DNA of 62,661 bases, filler included, from Circinaria calcarea (lineage: Eukaryota), in assembly GCA_051942165.1 (NCBI GenBank). It is 3 parts of 3 records of this genome, joined end to end, with 100 filler letters (N's around TTAATTAATTAA, not from the genome) between each part and the next. Parts side by side here need not be neighbours in the genome. Positions count along the whole stretch, not along the records: positions 1 to 20,851 come from JAVECS010000160.1; positions 20,952 to 41,794 come from JAVECS010000161.1; 1 more part is not named here. One strand, given 5' to 3'. The notes beneath the pieces were generated by a model. That model was not told the origin of the DNA. It ran no database searches and saw only the letters and a program-made list of their open reading frames with translations. Made by a program: the position numbers and the translations under genes. Numbering within the stretch: position 1 is the first letter of the stretch; every line of letters begins with the position of its first letter. Below, one piece after another: positions 11,174 to 21,920 of this stretch.

Positions 11174-11654
11174 TTACTTTATATATTTCGTGAAGTGCAG
11201 AGTGGCTGTCTCTTCATACGGATTCTTGCATGCTTGTAGGTTGCGGATTATATACCCAGGAAATTCGATCCCCGCCGCCTTAATTCGGGGGCGACGCGGA
11301 GGGGTAATCGCGGCTCCGCTTGCAACGTTCTCAGAGAAGGTTTCCGGGGCGGAACAGGATGTAAACAATAATCCAAAGAACGCTTATTTGAATAGTGTAG
11401 ATAAGTTCAAGTTAGAAACTTGTAATTCAAACGCATCCCTACCTTATTTTCCCGCTACAATTGACCTATTGTTTACCGTGGACAGAAAGGTTTGGCGCCT
11501 TCGATCGTCAAAGCTAACTCCTGTCCCCGCTTGGCCCTGGTCTTCAAAACTTTCCCACAATCTTGGAATCTTTTCCCTTAGCCTTGGAACCTTTCACCCA
11601 ACCTTGAGATTTTCATCCTGCAAGGCTTCTAGGGTCTTTATTGGGGCGGTGTAA
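11174..11654 (-). pseudogene. Possible degraded coding remnant in AT-rich spacer
   Basis: One minus-strand frame of ~160 codons broken only by TGA, TAA and TAA. It is a GC-richer island inside AT/TpA-rich flanks. No family recognised. Confidence 0.25.
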
Positions 11655-12174
11655 GAGCCTCCACCGGAGAACCCTTACGAACCATACGGGTGAACTATGC
11701 ACCGAGATCACGAGGTATTCGCTTGGCGAAAATTGAGGTTTTCTCGCGAAGCGTTACACCAGAATTCTTTAGCAATAATTTATACGCTATGCGAAATATT
11801 GAAACATAATATTATATAATTTACTGACTCTTATTCGTAAAGGATCTTTATATCTATAGCCTGTTTTTAAGCAAAATAATTAAATTCAAGTTAAAAGAGC
11901 GTTGTATTTCTAAGGCTATGTAAGTATTAAACATCAAATAATTGCTGGATAGAAAAAACGTTGATTATAAATTAAAAGCATTGAAAATTAATAGTACGCA
12001 GCAATTTTGGAACGCTGTCAACAGAGAAAATTGGGCTCGCAATATTAAAAAAGCCGGTTGTGGGCTGGTGACAACGATATATTATGAAATTGTAGAAAGG
12101 ATAATAGCTTCCTGCAAAACCGTTGCAGTTCTTAATCGAGCGCAAAATAGTAATGCAGAGAGAAGCAAATGATG

Positions 12175-15100
12175 TTAGCTGGCGTTGCGTGCTATTGATA
12201 TTAATCGCTTCGAAGCTTGGATACTCCTCTTTCTGAACAAATGCGTTTCAGATCCGCTCTTGACAGAGCTATCCTTGTCGCTTCCACTCCTAAAACGAAA
12301 GATTCGCTTCGCAGTAGATACCGGTGTAAACTTGGGCCCCTTTTCTGGTTTCGTTGGAATTGAAATGAGGCCGTCAGAGTGGGAGTTTGTTTTAACTTGA
12401 GATGTAGTCGATTCTAGCGAGTACATCATCGGTTGCGGTAAAGATTGAAGAGGACCCCATGAATTAACACGATTGGAGAGTGGTATAAACTGAAAAGAGT
12501 CTGCGAAACGCTCGAGGAGGATTGTGGCTAACGCTGTTTCAGAGCCTGATCTGTGTTCGTCAAGCACATTGTTTTCAGAATTATCGTGAGACGAACGGAC
12601 ATTTGCGCCCGCTCTGAGAAGTTGTGCTGTGGCTGACTTGTTTTGGGTTACAATAGCTGCTTGTAAAGGGCTTCCGAAGATACCAGCTTGCATATGAATG
12701 TCGGCTTTGCCCTCAAGTAACATCGTCATGATTTCTTTCTGCCCGAAGAACGAAACCTGTTGTAGCAGACTACCAAATAAGTTATCTCTAGTGTTTATAT
12801 CAGCCCCTGCTTCTAGTAGTTCACTTATGATTTGTACGTCTTCTGTACGTAGCGCAAGTTGTATAGAAGAATTCAGGACTTCTTGCGAGACCTTTCCGGT
12901 AAGACCACAGTTTAGGAAAAGGCGTACAATGGCTGGATGCCGGCCTAGTATCGCGGCTCTCATTGCATTACCAAAGATGCCCCCTTCTTGATGCACTTTT
13001 GCTTTCCCATCGAGTAAAAGCTCCACCACTGCCTTACTACCAGCAAACGAGGCTGCTTGTAATGCGGTACCATGGAAACCACTTTGGTCATTTATAGGTG
13101 CAGCGTAATCTAATAGCAACCGTACAAAGGTCTCCTGAGAGCTCGCAGCAGCTTCACGGAGTGCTCGCCCTAGAATATGTGTATCAACCTTTTTCTCGGT
13201 CAGGATGTTTCTTAAGCTCTCCTGATCACCGTCCACGACTGATCGAATCACTTCACTTTCCACCGAAGTCTGGAACGGTGAGCTCCAGACATAGCCGAGA
13301 TATTTGCTCTCGGAGGTCGATCTCACTTTAGGCCCAAATAATTCGAGCAACTCTCGCTGCATTTCCCCTTCCACTAGGGGTCGATTCTTCTGCAATTCTT
13401 TGACACTAGTCAAAGCTCTCAAGGTCCATGAAGTATATGGATGCTTTAATCCGAAGCACTTTTCTTGACTGCTTGAAGCTTGATCCAACAGGACCTCCGC
13501 ATCCTTCAAATATCCTCGCAACGCATAGACTGCGCTAAGACTTCTCATTGTGGTCAATGTATCTGGATGATGATTTCCAATTCGCATTTTCTGCATTTTT
13601 AAGATTTGCTTAAGTCGCAGACTAGCATCATCATATCGCTGCTGAAAGCGTATGTAGTCGGCAAGCCTACGAGCAGCTTTCAGGCAGTACGGATGGTCGG
13701 TTCCTAGCGTTTGCTCCAAGCCGTCAAGAGCATGACGGCTTATCGCTTCAGCACCTGGCATATAGCCTGTCCAAGCGAGTATAGCAGCTAAATCGGACAT
13801 GCGGTTCAATGTAAAAGGATGCTTGTCCCCATAAAGGCATATTGACTTTCGTACAACATCACAAGACAAGAACTCCGCTACACCGCTCGGTTCGCAGTCC
13901 AACGCGAGCTTCGCCAAAGTGTCAAGAAGCTTGACATGAGAGACTTTATCGGAAATGGTGAGATCCGCATTTTCGAGAGCATCCCGTAAAAGGTTGTACG
14001 CATCTTGATGTCTACCTTGACATCTCATACTCAACACCAAATTGTCGGCAGTCAATAAAGTGGGGTCTGATGCTATACCAGAAATCCTAATCCTTGCGGT
14101 CAAACAGCTTCTGCTATAAAGTTCCGCGTCCTTGCATTGGTCACGGTTGCGTAGCATAGAAGCCAGCTTATTCAAGCAGAACAAGGTAGCCACATCAACT
14201 GGTCCAGGTGACTGCTGTTCTCCGAATAACCTCACTGCTCTCTGGAACTTTTCTTCAGCTTCCTTATAAAGACCCTGGTCTTCAAGTGCCAACGCAAGTT
14301 GGCTAAGGTCTCTAGCTTCAGGGCTACATTGCGTCGAGATGATCAACAATTTGACTGCTCTCTGGAATTTTTCTTCGGCTTTCTTGTAATGACCCTGATC
14401 TTCAAGTACTAAAGCAAGTCGACCAATTTTTCTAGCTTCAGAGCTACCTTTCGTTGAGACAATAAATTCTTCACAGCCATCCGGCGTGGTTGGCAAGTTT
14501 CTGAGGCGGCCGTGTAACTTAGGCCCCGGAAAGTGTCTCAAAAGCACCTTCATGCTATCATCGGCTAAGCAGTACATGCTCCTCATACTCTGCATCACAA
14601 TCTGGTAATTCGTACTGGAGCCTGCTAAGAACTTAGTCATATCAATGTGGTTGGCGTACAACCCTATAGCATCACAGTGTGGTAGAATAGCAGATTTCTT
14701 GTTGACAATCTAGGAAGAACAGTTAGAATAGACAAAAAGAAAAAAAAAGACTTTACACGATCGTGGGCTGTCTTACCATAAGATTGTCAAGGACTGGCAG
14801 AAGCTCGTAATAGCAGATAATCTTTCGGGCAAATGTTTCATGAGGAAGCCACTTGTTGAAGCTGTCGCTTATATAGCCTAGCTGTGACATATACCTATCT
14901 CCTGAGATATAGGATGTAGATTTATTTCCGAGGGCATAGTCGATGTTAGACATAGCAGCTGCAAACTCTATCCAGTCTTTCTCTCGAAAACCGAAACTGG
15001 GAGTACCGAAAAACATAATACCCTTGATGGATGCCCGTAGAGGAGAACCGCATTTCAGTAGGAAAGCTTGCAGAATTAGCCCTCCTAGGCTATGAGCAAC

Positions 15101-15539
15101 AAAGATAACAGGTCGTTTTTCCTTATCAAAATTCGTTAGTGTGAGTTTTCTGGACTTTTCAAGATTGACGGACATTCTCCCTTTTCTTCTCGAAGCCTTG
15201 GAGCAGAGCACAGGACGCATCAGAAAAGGATTTCCCTTCCCGAATAAAGCTTCTGGCATCATACCCGCAAGTAAAAACCCGCGCATATGGGATTTCATTT
15301 GGAAGTAAATCTCGAATCCAGGGTTCTCCATCACTACTCCAGGTGGTTTGCCAATTGCATGTGATGCCGTGCACAAAAACCAAACTAAGTTTTCATCAGC
15401 TCAAAAATCTATAGGTAACCCGAGATGCCTACTCTATCGCAACAGCATTACCGTTCAACGGCTCTGCGATGACTTCCACAGCGTTGATATCTTGGGGAGG
15501 CTGTGCTGTGGCTTCGGAGTGAATAGATGGCAGATCCAT
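12175..15539 (-). CDS. SesB-like alpha/beta hydrolase + TPR + ankyrin-repeat protein (NLR-like architecture without NACHT/NB-ARC), 4 exons
   Basis: ATG 15539 (MDLPSIHSE..); introns ~15385-15432, 15122-15173 and 14710-14776. Hydrolase motifs DLVFVHG, WIRDLLP, ARVFTCGYDA, PVIFVAHSLGG, GIMFFGTP, CYYE, ANHIDMTKF. Then TPRs (YGDKHPFTL, LGTDHPYCL, IGNHHPDTL, FGLKHPYT) and ankyrins (GTALQAASFAGSKAVVELLLD, GSPLQAAI). Confidence 0.85.
14234..14446 (-). repeat. Recent 120-bp tandem duplication of one TPR unit
   Basis: 14234-14326 and 14354-14446 are closely similar at nucleotide level (EARKIGRLALVLEDQGHYKKAEEKFQRAV vs EARDLSQLALALEDQGLYKEAEEKFQRAV). Confidence 0.9.
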
Positions 15540-15777
15540 CTTGCAAGCAAAAATGGACGATTCAAAAGGAATTCAGTATAATTGCATTATGACATCTTGA
15601 CAAGTTAAGAATGGTCAAAGGGGAGTACGCATGACATATATAAGCGTATGGTTGCAATGATCAGGGCGCAGCTGGGAAGGGCGAAATCATCCCTCGTTTG
15701 GAGTGAAGGGGCTTTGAGGAGAACGTAAAACAGCCTCATTCCCACAAGCGGGGCAGGGCGCTGTGCAGTATTACAAC

Positions 15778-16360
15778 ATGCTGATAGGTTAATACCATGT
15801 TATCGTTGAAGAATGCGTCCGCCACAAAACGAAAAGGGTATGAGCTGACACAGTAAGTCAATTATTATATAGGCTGTGTGCCACACCTTTTATTTAAATG
15901 GGCCGATTAGGAACAGCGACATCATGCATAGTAATATATAAGTGGAGAATAAGTATTCTGCTCAACGTGCTGATAGGTTAATATTATAGTAGGCTGTGTG
16001 CCACACCTTTTATTTGAATGGGCCGATCAGCGGAACAGCGCCATCATGCACAGTAATATTTAAGTGGAGAATAAATATCTTGAACCATTCCGCAAGGCCT
16101 TATTGTCGCCTTATTTTCGCCTTATTTTCGCCTTATTTTCAAGAGCCTCCAATTCTGCCTTATTATTAGGAGAGGTCCATTAGATAGTGCTGATAGGTCA
16201 ACATCATATTAGGTTGTGGGACACACCTTTTGTTCAAATGGGCCCATCAGCGGAATAGCGGCATTATGTACAATAAGATTTGGGTGGGTCCCGAGCTATT
16301 CTGCAAGGCTTCATTTTCAAGAGCCTCCAATTCTGCCTTATTACTAGGAGAGGTCGATGC
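15778..16360. repeat. Degenerate triplicated repeat in the divergent promoter region
   Basis: Core AGGCTGTGTGCCACACCTTTT..AATGGGCC at 15871, 15991 and 16211. TGCTGATAGGT(T/C)AA at ~15779, ~15968 and ~16188. TTTTCAAGAGCCTCCAATTCTGCCTTATT twice (~16136, ~16314). GCCTTATT(G/T)TC x4 near 16097-16140. Confidence 0.85.
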
Positions 16361-16451
16361 ACAAGCTTTGTTCGAGAGAGCACGAACGCGCCAAATTGAA
16401 AGAAGGTCTCGGGGGCAGCTTTCTCGGCTTCGCCTAAACTCGATCGAGGGA

Positions 16452-19142
16452 ATGGAGCATTTGCGCGACGATTACAACGACTTCACCTTCCCTTACAAAG
16501 TTCATCTGCTCTGCGACCCCTCAGCTCCGCTACTCGACAGGCAGGAAAGGAATCTGAATGATTTCGTTCAGTTACCTCAACTACTTGGGTGGAAGATTCA
16601 TGAAAATGGCGATAGAGAGTTCGAAAACGGTTCGTTGTTGATCGACGAGGTGATGCAAAGATGGCTCTACTTCGAGGTCCTAGCACAAGTCTTCGGCCAT
16701 CTTCCCGGCTACCAGTGGGATCACTTTGTTATAATTGACACTTCTGGCCAGTCTTACATCAATACGCTGCAGCTACCAGATTACCTAGAGCGATGGTTGG
16801 ATAGCGAGAAGAAGAGTCCCACCACGGAAAGAAATCGCCGATTAATCCGTATTCAGCAAGTACTGGACAGAGCGCGCGTGTACGTGTCACAGCACTGCAC
16901 AGTTCCAAATCTTGACAGCAACGCTAGATGGGAGATTAGTGACCTTCTTGCACTGAGTTTTATGGTCTTGGGAGAGACTTTAACGCGAGCACTGAATCTG
17001 ATCCGAAGGAAAGTCGGGTTCAGTATTAATGGTTGGTGCAGCCACGACTCGCGCAATCAAGGGTGGGGCTACAGCAAGATCATACTTCAGAAGCTCAGAG
17101 CCGATGGATGGTGTGCCAAAGCGCTTCATATGCTCCAGGCTTTACTTAGAGGCAATACTATTGGTCTTGTATACTTATTCACACTTAGGGAATCGAGCTC
17201 CAAAGGTGGGGATCATGCAAAATGCACAGCTTCTGAATGCCGAGAGAAGGAATTTAAACGCATACTGGGAAGGCCGGTCGATCCAGTCCAATATCACCAT
17301 TGTTCCGCTGAAATCAAAGACTTCTGCTTCGAGGAGCCAACGCAGTACGTAGGACCTGGTCAGACACCCAAGTATCCCATCTGTACTACAGTGGAGAATT
17401 TCAAAGGCGATATTGAGGGCCGAGCCCTAGCTGCAATCATCGATAAAGGAAAAATCCCACTGTTTCGGTTTCAGAAGACCCGACGGAGTCTTGAACTTGT
17501 CGAAATGAGCCAGTCATTTGACAAGTCGTACGCTATCTTTTCACACGTCTGGGCGGATGGCTTTGCTAATTTGAACAATAAAAACGAGATGAGCCTATGT
17601 GTGCTGAACATGTTCTCCAAGATACTGGAACAAGTTGCCATACAGCGGGCTGGTACTAGCTCACCAGTGCAAGAATTGTTCTGGATCGATACGCTTGCGA
17701 TACCAGTACAGGGAGAGTTCACGGCGCAACGCTTCAAAGCTATAAGTCAAATGCACAACATATATACTCATGCCAAATATACGATAGTTCTTGACTTGAG
17801 TCTCATGCGGGTCACTATGGGCTCCGGCTATTCAAATCCTGCCATGAAAATAACCATGAGTAAATGGATGACACGGCTATGGACTTTGCAGGAAGCTGTT
17901 CTAAGCAAAAATCTGTTCTTCTATTTCCAAGATCACATTTACTCGATGAATAATCTTGAAGATATGTTCGCCAAAGAAGACTCTGAGCTTCACTCTTGTA
18001 TACCATCGCTTTCTCGAATTTATCATGATGGTATCCTCGGCCAAATGCGACCAAAAATACATGAGGAGTTTCGGAAGGATGAAGGTTGGAAACCCAGGTC
18101 TGACTTTCTTGCTGCAGTCTGGAAGGCTACCCAATGGAGATCCACTTCACATCTAATCCATGAGACTCTGTCTTTAGCCACAATGCTCAATGTCAATACA
18201 GAGCTCTTCGCACCTCCAAGCATTTGGCCAGAGAAGACAGAAGGTTATCAGCAAGACTGTGATGAAAGGATGATCTCTCTTCTATCTCTCTTTGCGGCCA
18301 TATCGCCTTGTCCAATTCCGCCGGGTATGATTTTTCTTCCAGGTCCCAGACTGTTGAAAAATGGATATGGCTGGGCTCCAAGGACTTGGCTGTCATCTCG
18401 TGAAATTGATTCACCGGACCCTCTTTCTCTGCCTGATGCAGGAAATACACGACTAACCGCATCCGAAGGCCTCGAAGTACAATTTCCTGGTTTCTTGCTA
18501 CACGATTTAGGTGATAGTAGAAACGAGTTAGATATGCGCGAAAACTTCTTTTTCTCTGCTGACTCTAGACTTCTAGACTGGTACCGTGTCGAACCTGCTG
18601 AGGACCCGAAGCGTTTCCCAGGAGCGGAGAGACTCCTCGGACGTGATCTTGCAATAATCGTGTCTCGTCTACCAGTTGTAGACCTCAGAGAGATTGCTCT
18701 TTTCGTTGCCATTAAAAGAACCTGGGGTGGTATTCACTACGTGGAGATACCCAACCGGGTGTGGATCAGTCGAGAAGAAAGGCAAGAAATGCTGCAGGAA
18801 TGGAGCGACAAGCATCGCAAGGGCGATCCTGATGCGATGTCTGCCGGAGAAAGGCTATCGCCGAGTGAGAAGTGGTGTGTTGATGGTCCAACTCAGCCCG
18901 CCGTGGTGCCAGGAGAGGAGAAGAGAAAAGGAGATGCCCAAGGCAAAAAAGAAGCCCAGTTCTCTGAAACCAATGACCTTGGAAACGGCAGACCAAACCG
19001 CGTAGAAGCGCCAGAACCTAACAATTGGCTCGTACGTAAGGCGAAAACCTTGACGTGGAGCACTAAACCGTCAACGACTTCACGCTGGCAACGTTACAAA
19101 GCCAACAAAAACGTTGCTGTTGGAGATGGAGGTTACCCATAA
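16452..19142 (+). CDS. HET (heterokaryon incompatibility) domain protein, ~896 aa
   Basis: HET motifs YAIFSHVWADG, LFWIDTLAIPV, AISQMHNIYTHAKYTIVLD and SKWMTRLWTLQEAVL. N-terminal QRWLYFEVL and GWC motifs, and C-terminal WAPRTWL, fit this HET subfamily. ATG 16452 chosen because the upstream open frame lies within the promoter repeat. Confidence 0.88.
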   Translation: MEHLRDDYNDFTFPYKVHLLCDPSAPLLDRQERNLNDFVQLPQLLGWKIHENGDREFENGSLLIDEVMQRWLYFEVLAQVFGHLPGYQWDHFVIIDTSGQSYINTLQLPDYLERWLDSEKKSPTTERNRRLIRIQQVLDRARVYVSQHCTVPNLDSNARWEISDLLALSFMVLGETLTRALNLIRRKVGFSINGWCSHDSRNQGWGYSKIILQKLRADGWCAKALHMLQALLRGNTIGLVYLFTLRESSSKGGDHAKCTASECREKEFKRILGRPVDPVQYHHCSAEIKDFCFEEPTQYVGPGQTPKYPICTTVENFKGDIEGRALAAIIDKGKIPLFRFQKTRRSLELVEMSQSFDKSYAIFSHVWADGFANLNNKNEMSLCVLNMFSKILEQVAIQRAGTSSPVQELFWIDTLAIPVQGEFTAQRFKAISQMHNIYTHAKYTIVLDLSLMRVTMGSGYSNPAMKITMSKWMTRLWTLQEAVLSKNLFFYFQDHIYSMNNLEDMFAKEDSELHSCIPSLSRIYHDGILGQMRPKIHEEFRKDEGWKPRSDFLAAVWKATQWRSTSHLIHETLSLATMLNVNTELFAPPSIWPEKTEGYQQDCDERMISLLSLFAAISPCPIPPGMIFLPGPRLLKNGYGWAPRTWLSSREIDSPDPLSLPDAGNTRLTASEGLEVQFPGFLLHDLGDSRNELDMRENFFFSADSRLLDWYRVEPAEDPKRFPGAERLLGRDLAIIVSRLPVVDLREIALFVAIKRTWGGIHYVEIPNRVWISREERQEMLQEWSDKHRKGDPDAMSAGERLSPSEKWCVDGPTQPAVVPGEEKRKGDAQGKKEAQFSETNDLGNGRPNRVEAPEPNNWLVRKAKTLTWSTKPSTTSRWQRYKANKNVAVGDGGYP

Positions 19143-19380
19143 ATAAATCAATAAGCCTTATGTGATTAATAAAAAACGGAAAACTGCAATTTCATACCCC
19201 AAAAGTTTGAAATTTGCAAAATCCACCCTCAAGTTGCAATTTTGACCCCAGCCCCAAATTTCAAGGGGTACCCCGAAGAACACACCATTTTCAGGAGAGT
19301 ATTAGCCTAAAAACCCGGCCCGAGGTTGGTAGGCTAAATTCACTATCGCGGTTCTCAGTTGTGTCGCTGTCACGGTCTAT

Positions 19381-19434
19381 CGCAATGCCACTATCGCAAT
19401 GCCACTATTGCAATGCCACTATCGTAATGCCGTT
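19381..19434. repeat. 14-bp minisatellite (CGCAATGCCACTAT) x~3.5
   Basis: Direct reading of the sequence. Confidence 0.85.
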
Positions 19435-20851
19435 AGCGCAGCCATTTGTATAACAGTGGGTCTTTGCGGCAGTAACAGCGACTTTCTGCAGTAACTAGCT
19501 ACCTTCTACCAACAGAAGGTCAATCACTTGGGGGGCACGGGGGGGGTTCAGTTTCCTTTGTTATGCTCGGAGGATGTTAGGTAGGCCCGGAATAACACTT
19601 CTCCTAGCCAATCGATATCTCGTCTACAAGGCCGTCCCCGCCTGGCCTTACCTAGCTCCATTGTACGTCCACAACGGAGCTATGTTATACTACTATAGTA
19701 GTTGGACTTAATATAGCCAATACGAATGCACAGTCTCTGCCAGCTTGCCATCGTGTTTTACAGCATCGGGCTTAGCCCGTCGGTACCGTGCTCCCGAACA
19801 TAATAAATTTCTAGCAAAGAAAAACTAAAACCCCCAACTAAGAATTTGGGGATTATGACTGGATATCTCCATCCTTTGAAGCGAGCCGCAGGTTCCGGGT
19901 GTATACAATCTTGATTGTTGACGATGGGCCGTTGACGATGCTAGGAAACCGAAGGGATTCAGGGAGAAGTGGAGATGGGGACGGTGGAAGATGCGATCCT
20001 TAAGTATTCCCGTCATTACGGCCGCTCTGCAAAGGATAAGGGAACAATTGAATGCGTAAAGAAAGTAAACAAATGACGCTCTCCTGTATAAAGCTTATGC
20101 ATGTTATGTGGTCGGAGCAGTTCGGTGGCCCTAATAAGGTGGGCTCTACTCTCAAGCCACCCAAAAATTTGCCGAGCGATCTTGAAGCGGGCGGATGTAT
20201 AAGGCAGGCTTTAGGGTTTGATCGGCCACGCTTCATATCTCAATAGGGACCAGTGTCACGGCATTCCAACTCGTCATGGAAAGACGCTGTACGTGTATAC
20301 CTTATATGAGATCGAATCTTCTTCCCTTCCTCCCTGCCTTTTTCTCTTGGCCGTCCCGAAGCCTAAACATTAATAAGCCGTATGCCCTGAATGCGGCGAC
20401 TGTGATATGCTAATAGCCGAGAAAGTGGCATTGCATAGATGGTAAATACATCCTCACTCTACCCGCTTCTTATCGTTGAAACCCGCATGCTCAACCTAAG
20501 AAGCTGAGCTTTCCAGAAACACAGCCCAAGAGGGTATAAGAAGTAGCCACACACCGACTCTTGGCAAAATCCCGTTGGCGGTGGCATATTACATTGGCTC
20601 TTGAATAAGGGTTTTTGGCGAGATCTTGAGCCTTTTACTCTTGAGTTTGAGGGTACATACACCATCAATGGGGGAGCAACCTGGGAAGTGGCCTAGACGT
20701 GTGAGAGGGGGGCGACGAGTGACCCAACAGCTCCTTCAGTAGCAGAACCATGAATCCTGCATCAGTCAGCTTTGAACCGAGCTCGGGACGCGGTTCGAAT
20801 GATCATACTTTTTACACAGTTCACCAACCGTAAACCTTATCCTCCCTGCTC

Positions 20852-20951
20852 NNNNNNNNNNNNNNNNNNNNNNNNNNNNNNNNNNNNNNNNNNNNTTAAT
20901 TAATTAANNNNNNNNNNNNNNNNNNNNNNNNNNNNNNNNNNNNNNNNNNNN
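20852..20951. other. Artificial contig-joining spacer N44-TTAATTAATTAA-N44
   Basis: Exactly 100 bp; the 12-mer gives stops in all six frames; identical to the spacer at 41795-41894. Confidence 0.97.
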
Positions 20952-21920
20952 GAGAAGGATGGATATCATTTAGGACGCGGGAGGGGGGGGAGCGGGGAGT
21001 GCGAGGGATAGAGAGAGAGAGATCCCCATGTAGTAGTTGTGCTTCTGGCATCCAGGCATCCAGGCATCAGGCAAGTTGGCGAATGACGATGATGATGACG
21101 GTACTTCGGTAAACCCCAAGCTACATCCACCGTCCAGCGTTACGTAGATACCACAAATTCGCAATCACGTTTCACGGGGGGAGCCGAGCTTCATTCAAGG
21201 TGATTCATATTGGTGCTATCAACCCGAGAACGCTTTCGATCCTACCGTAACTGAATGCTTTGTGTGGGTTGGTCGCATTTTGTGCAGACGGAGAACTGTC
21301 AGTCCTGTTTTGCAGATGCCAACACGCATAGAAACAGCCCCCTCGAGTGCGGATTTTTCCATCGATTTCTCGTCTCCATTCACCCCTTTCATTCCTTCAA
21401 CATGTTCAATTTTCGACTCTCCCACCTGTTACTTGGTGCACTCGATGAGTTTGGCACGTCAAGTATCTCCCGCCCGGTAAAGCGTCAATGTCATCCCGCC
21501 GAGGCACTGACATTTGCAACTACCAAAGGAAAAAAAGGTGGACAGCACCCGTCGACCAGCGCACATACCGCCCCGGAAAAAGATTAGGCGCAGTGCGACT
21601 TTCTAATGCCACAGACAGTCTTGTTGTATTAAAACGCCATTAATGTTGACGCCATGTAAATGCCGCATCGCAAGTAAGCAGGGATAGAAACAGAAAGAAA
21701 CTGGGAATCGACAGCAAGGGTACGACAGGTCAAGGCACGAGATCTGCAACCGAGACGATATGGGTATTTCTGTTGACCTGCTGATCGAGATATTGAATGA
21801 TTGTCGTAAAGCCGTGATTTATGAAATTTTTTCATGTAATGATACAGGAGAAGGGGAAGATGGTGGTGATACATCGAAATCGATGATCTACCCGTGTTGA
21901 AGAATGTCTCCGAGGAGCAT

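Noticed and set aside
16230..16451. TTG-initiated N-terminal extension of the HET ORF
   Set aside because: It overlaps the third copy of the promoter repeat; ATG 16452 is the more plausible start.
20765..20805. GGTTCGAAT B-box-like motif and hairpin suggesting a tRNA
   Set aside because: No cloverleaf, acceptor stem or A-box can be built.
20896..20907. TTAATTAATTAA palindrome as a biological site
   Set aside because: It is centred in N runs and repeated identically at 41839-41850, so it is an assembly linker.
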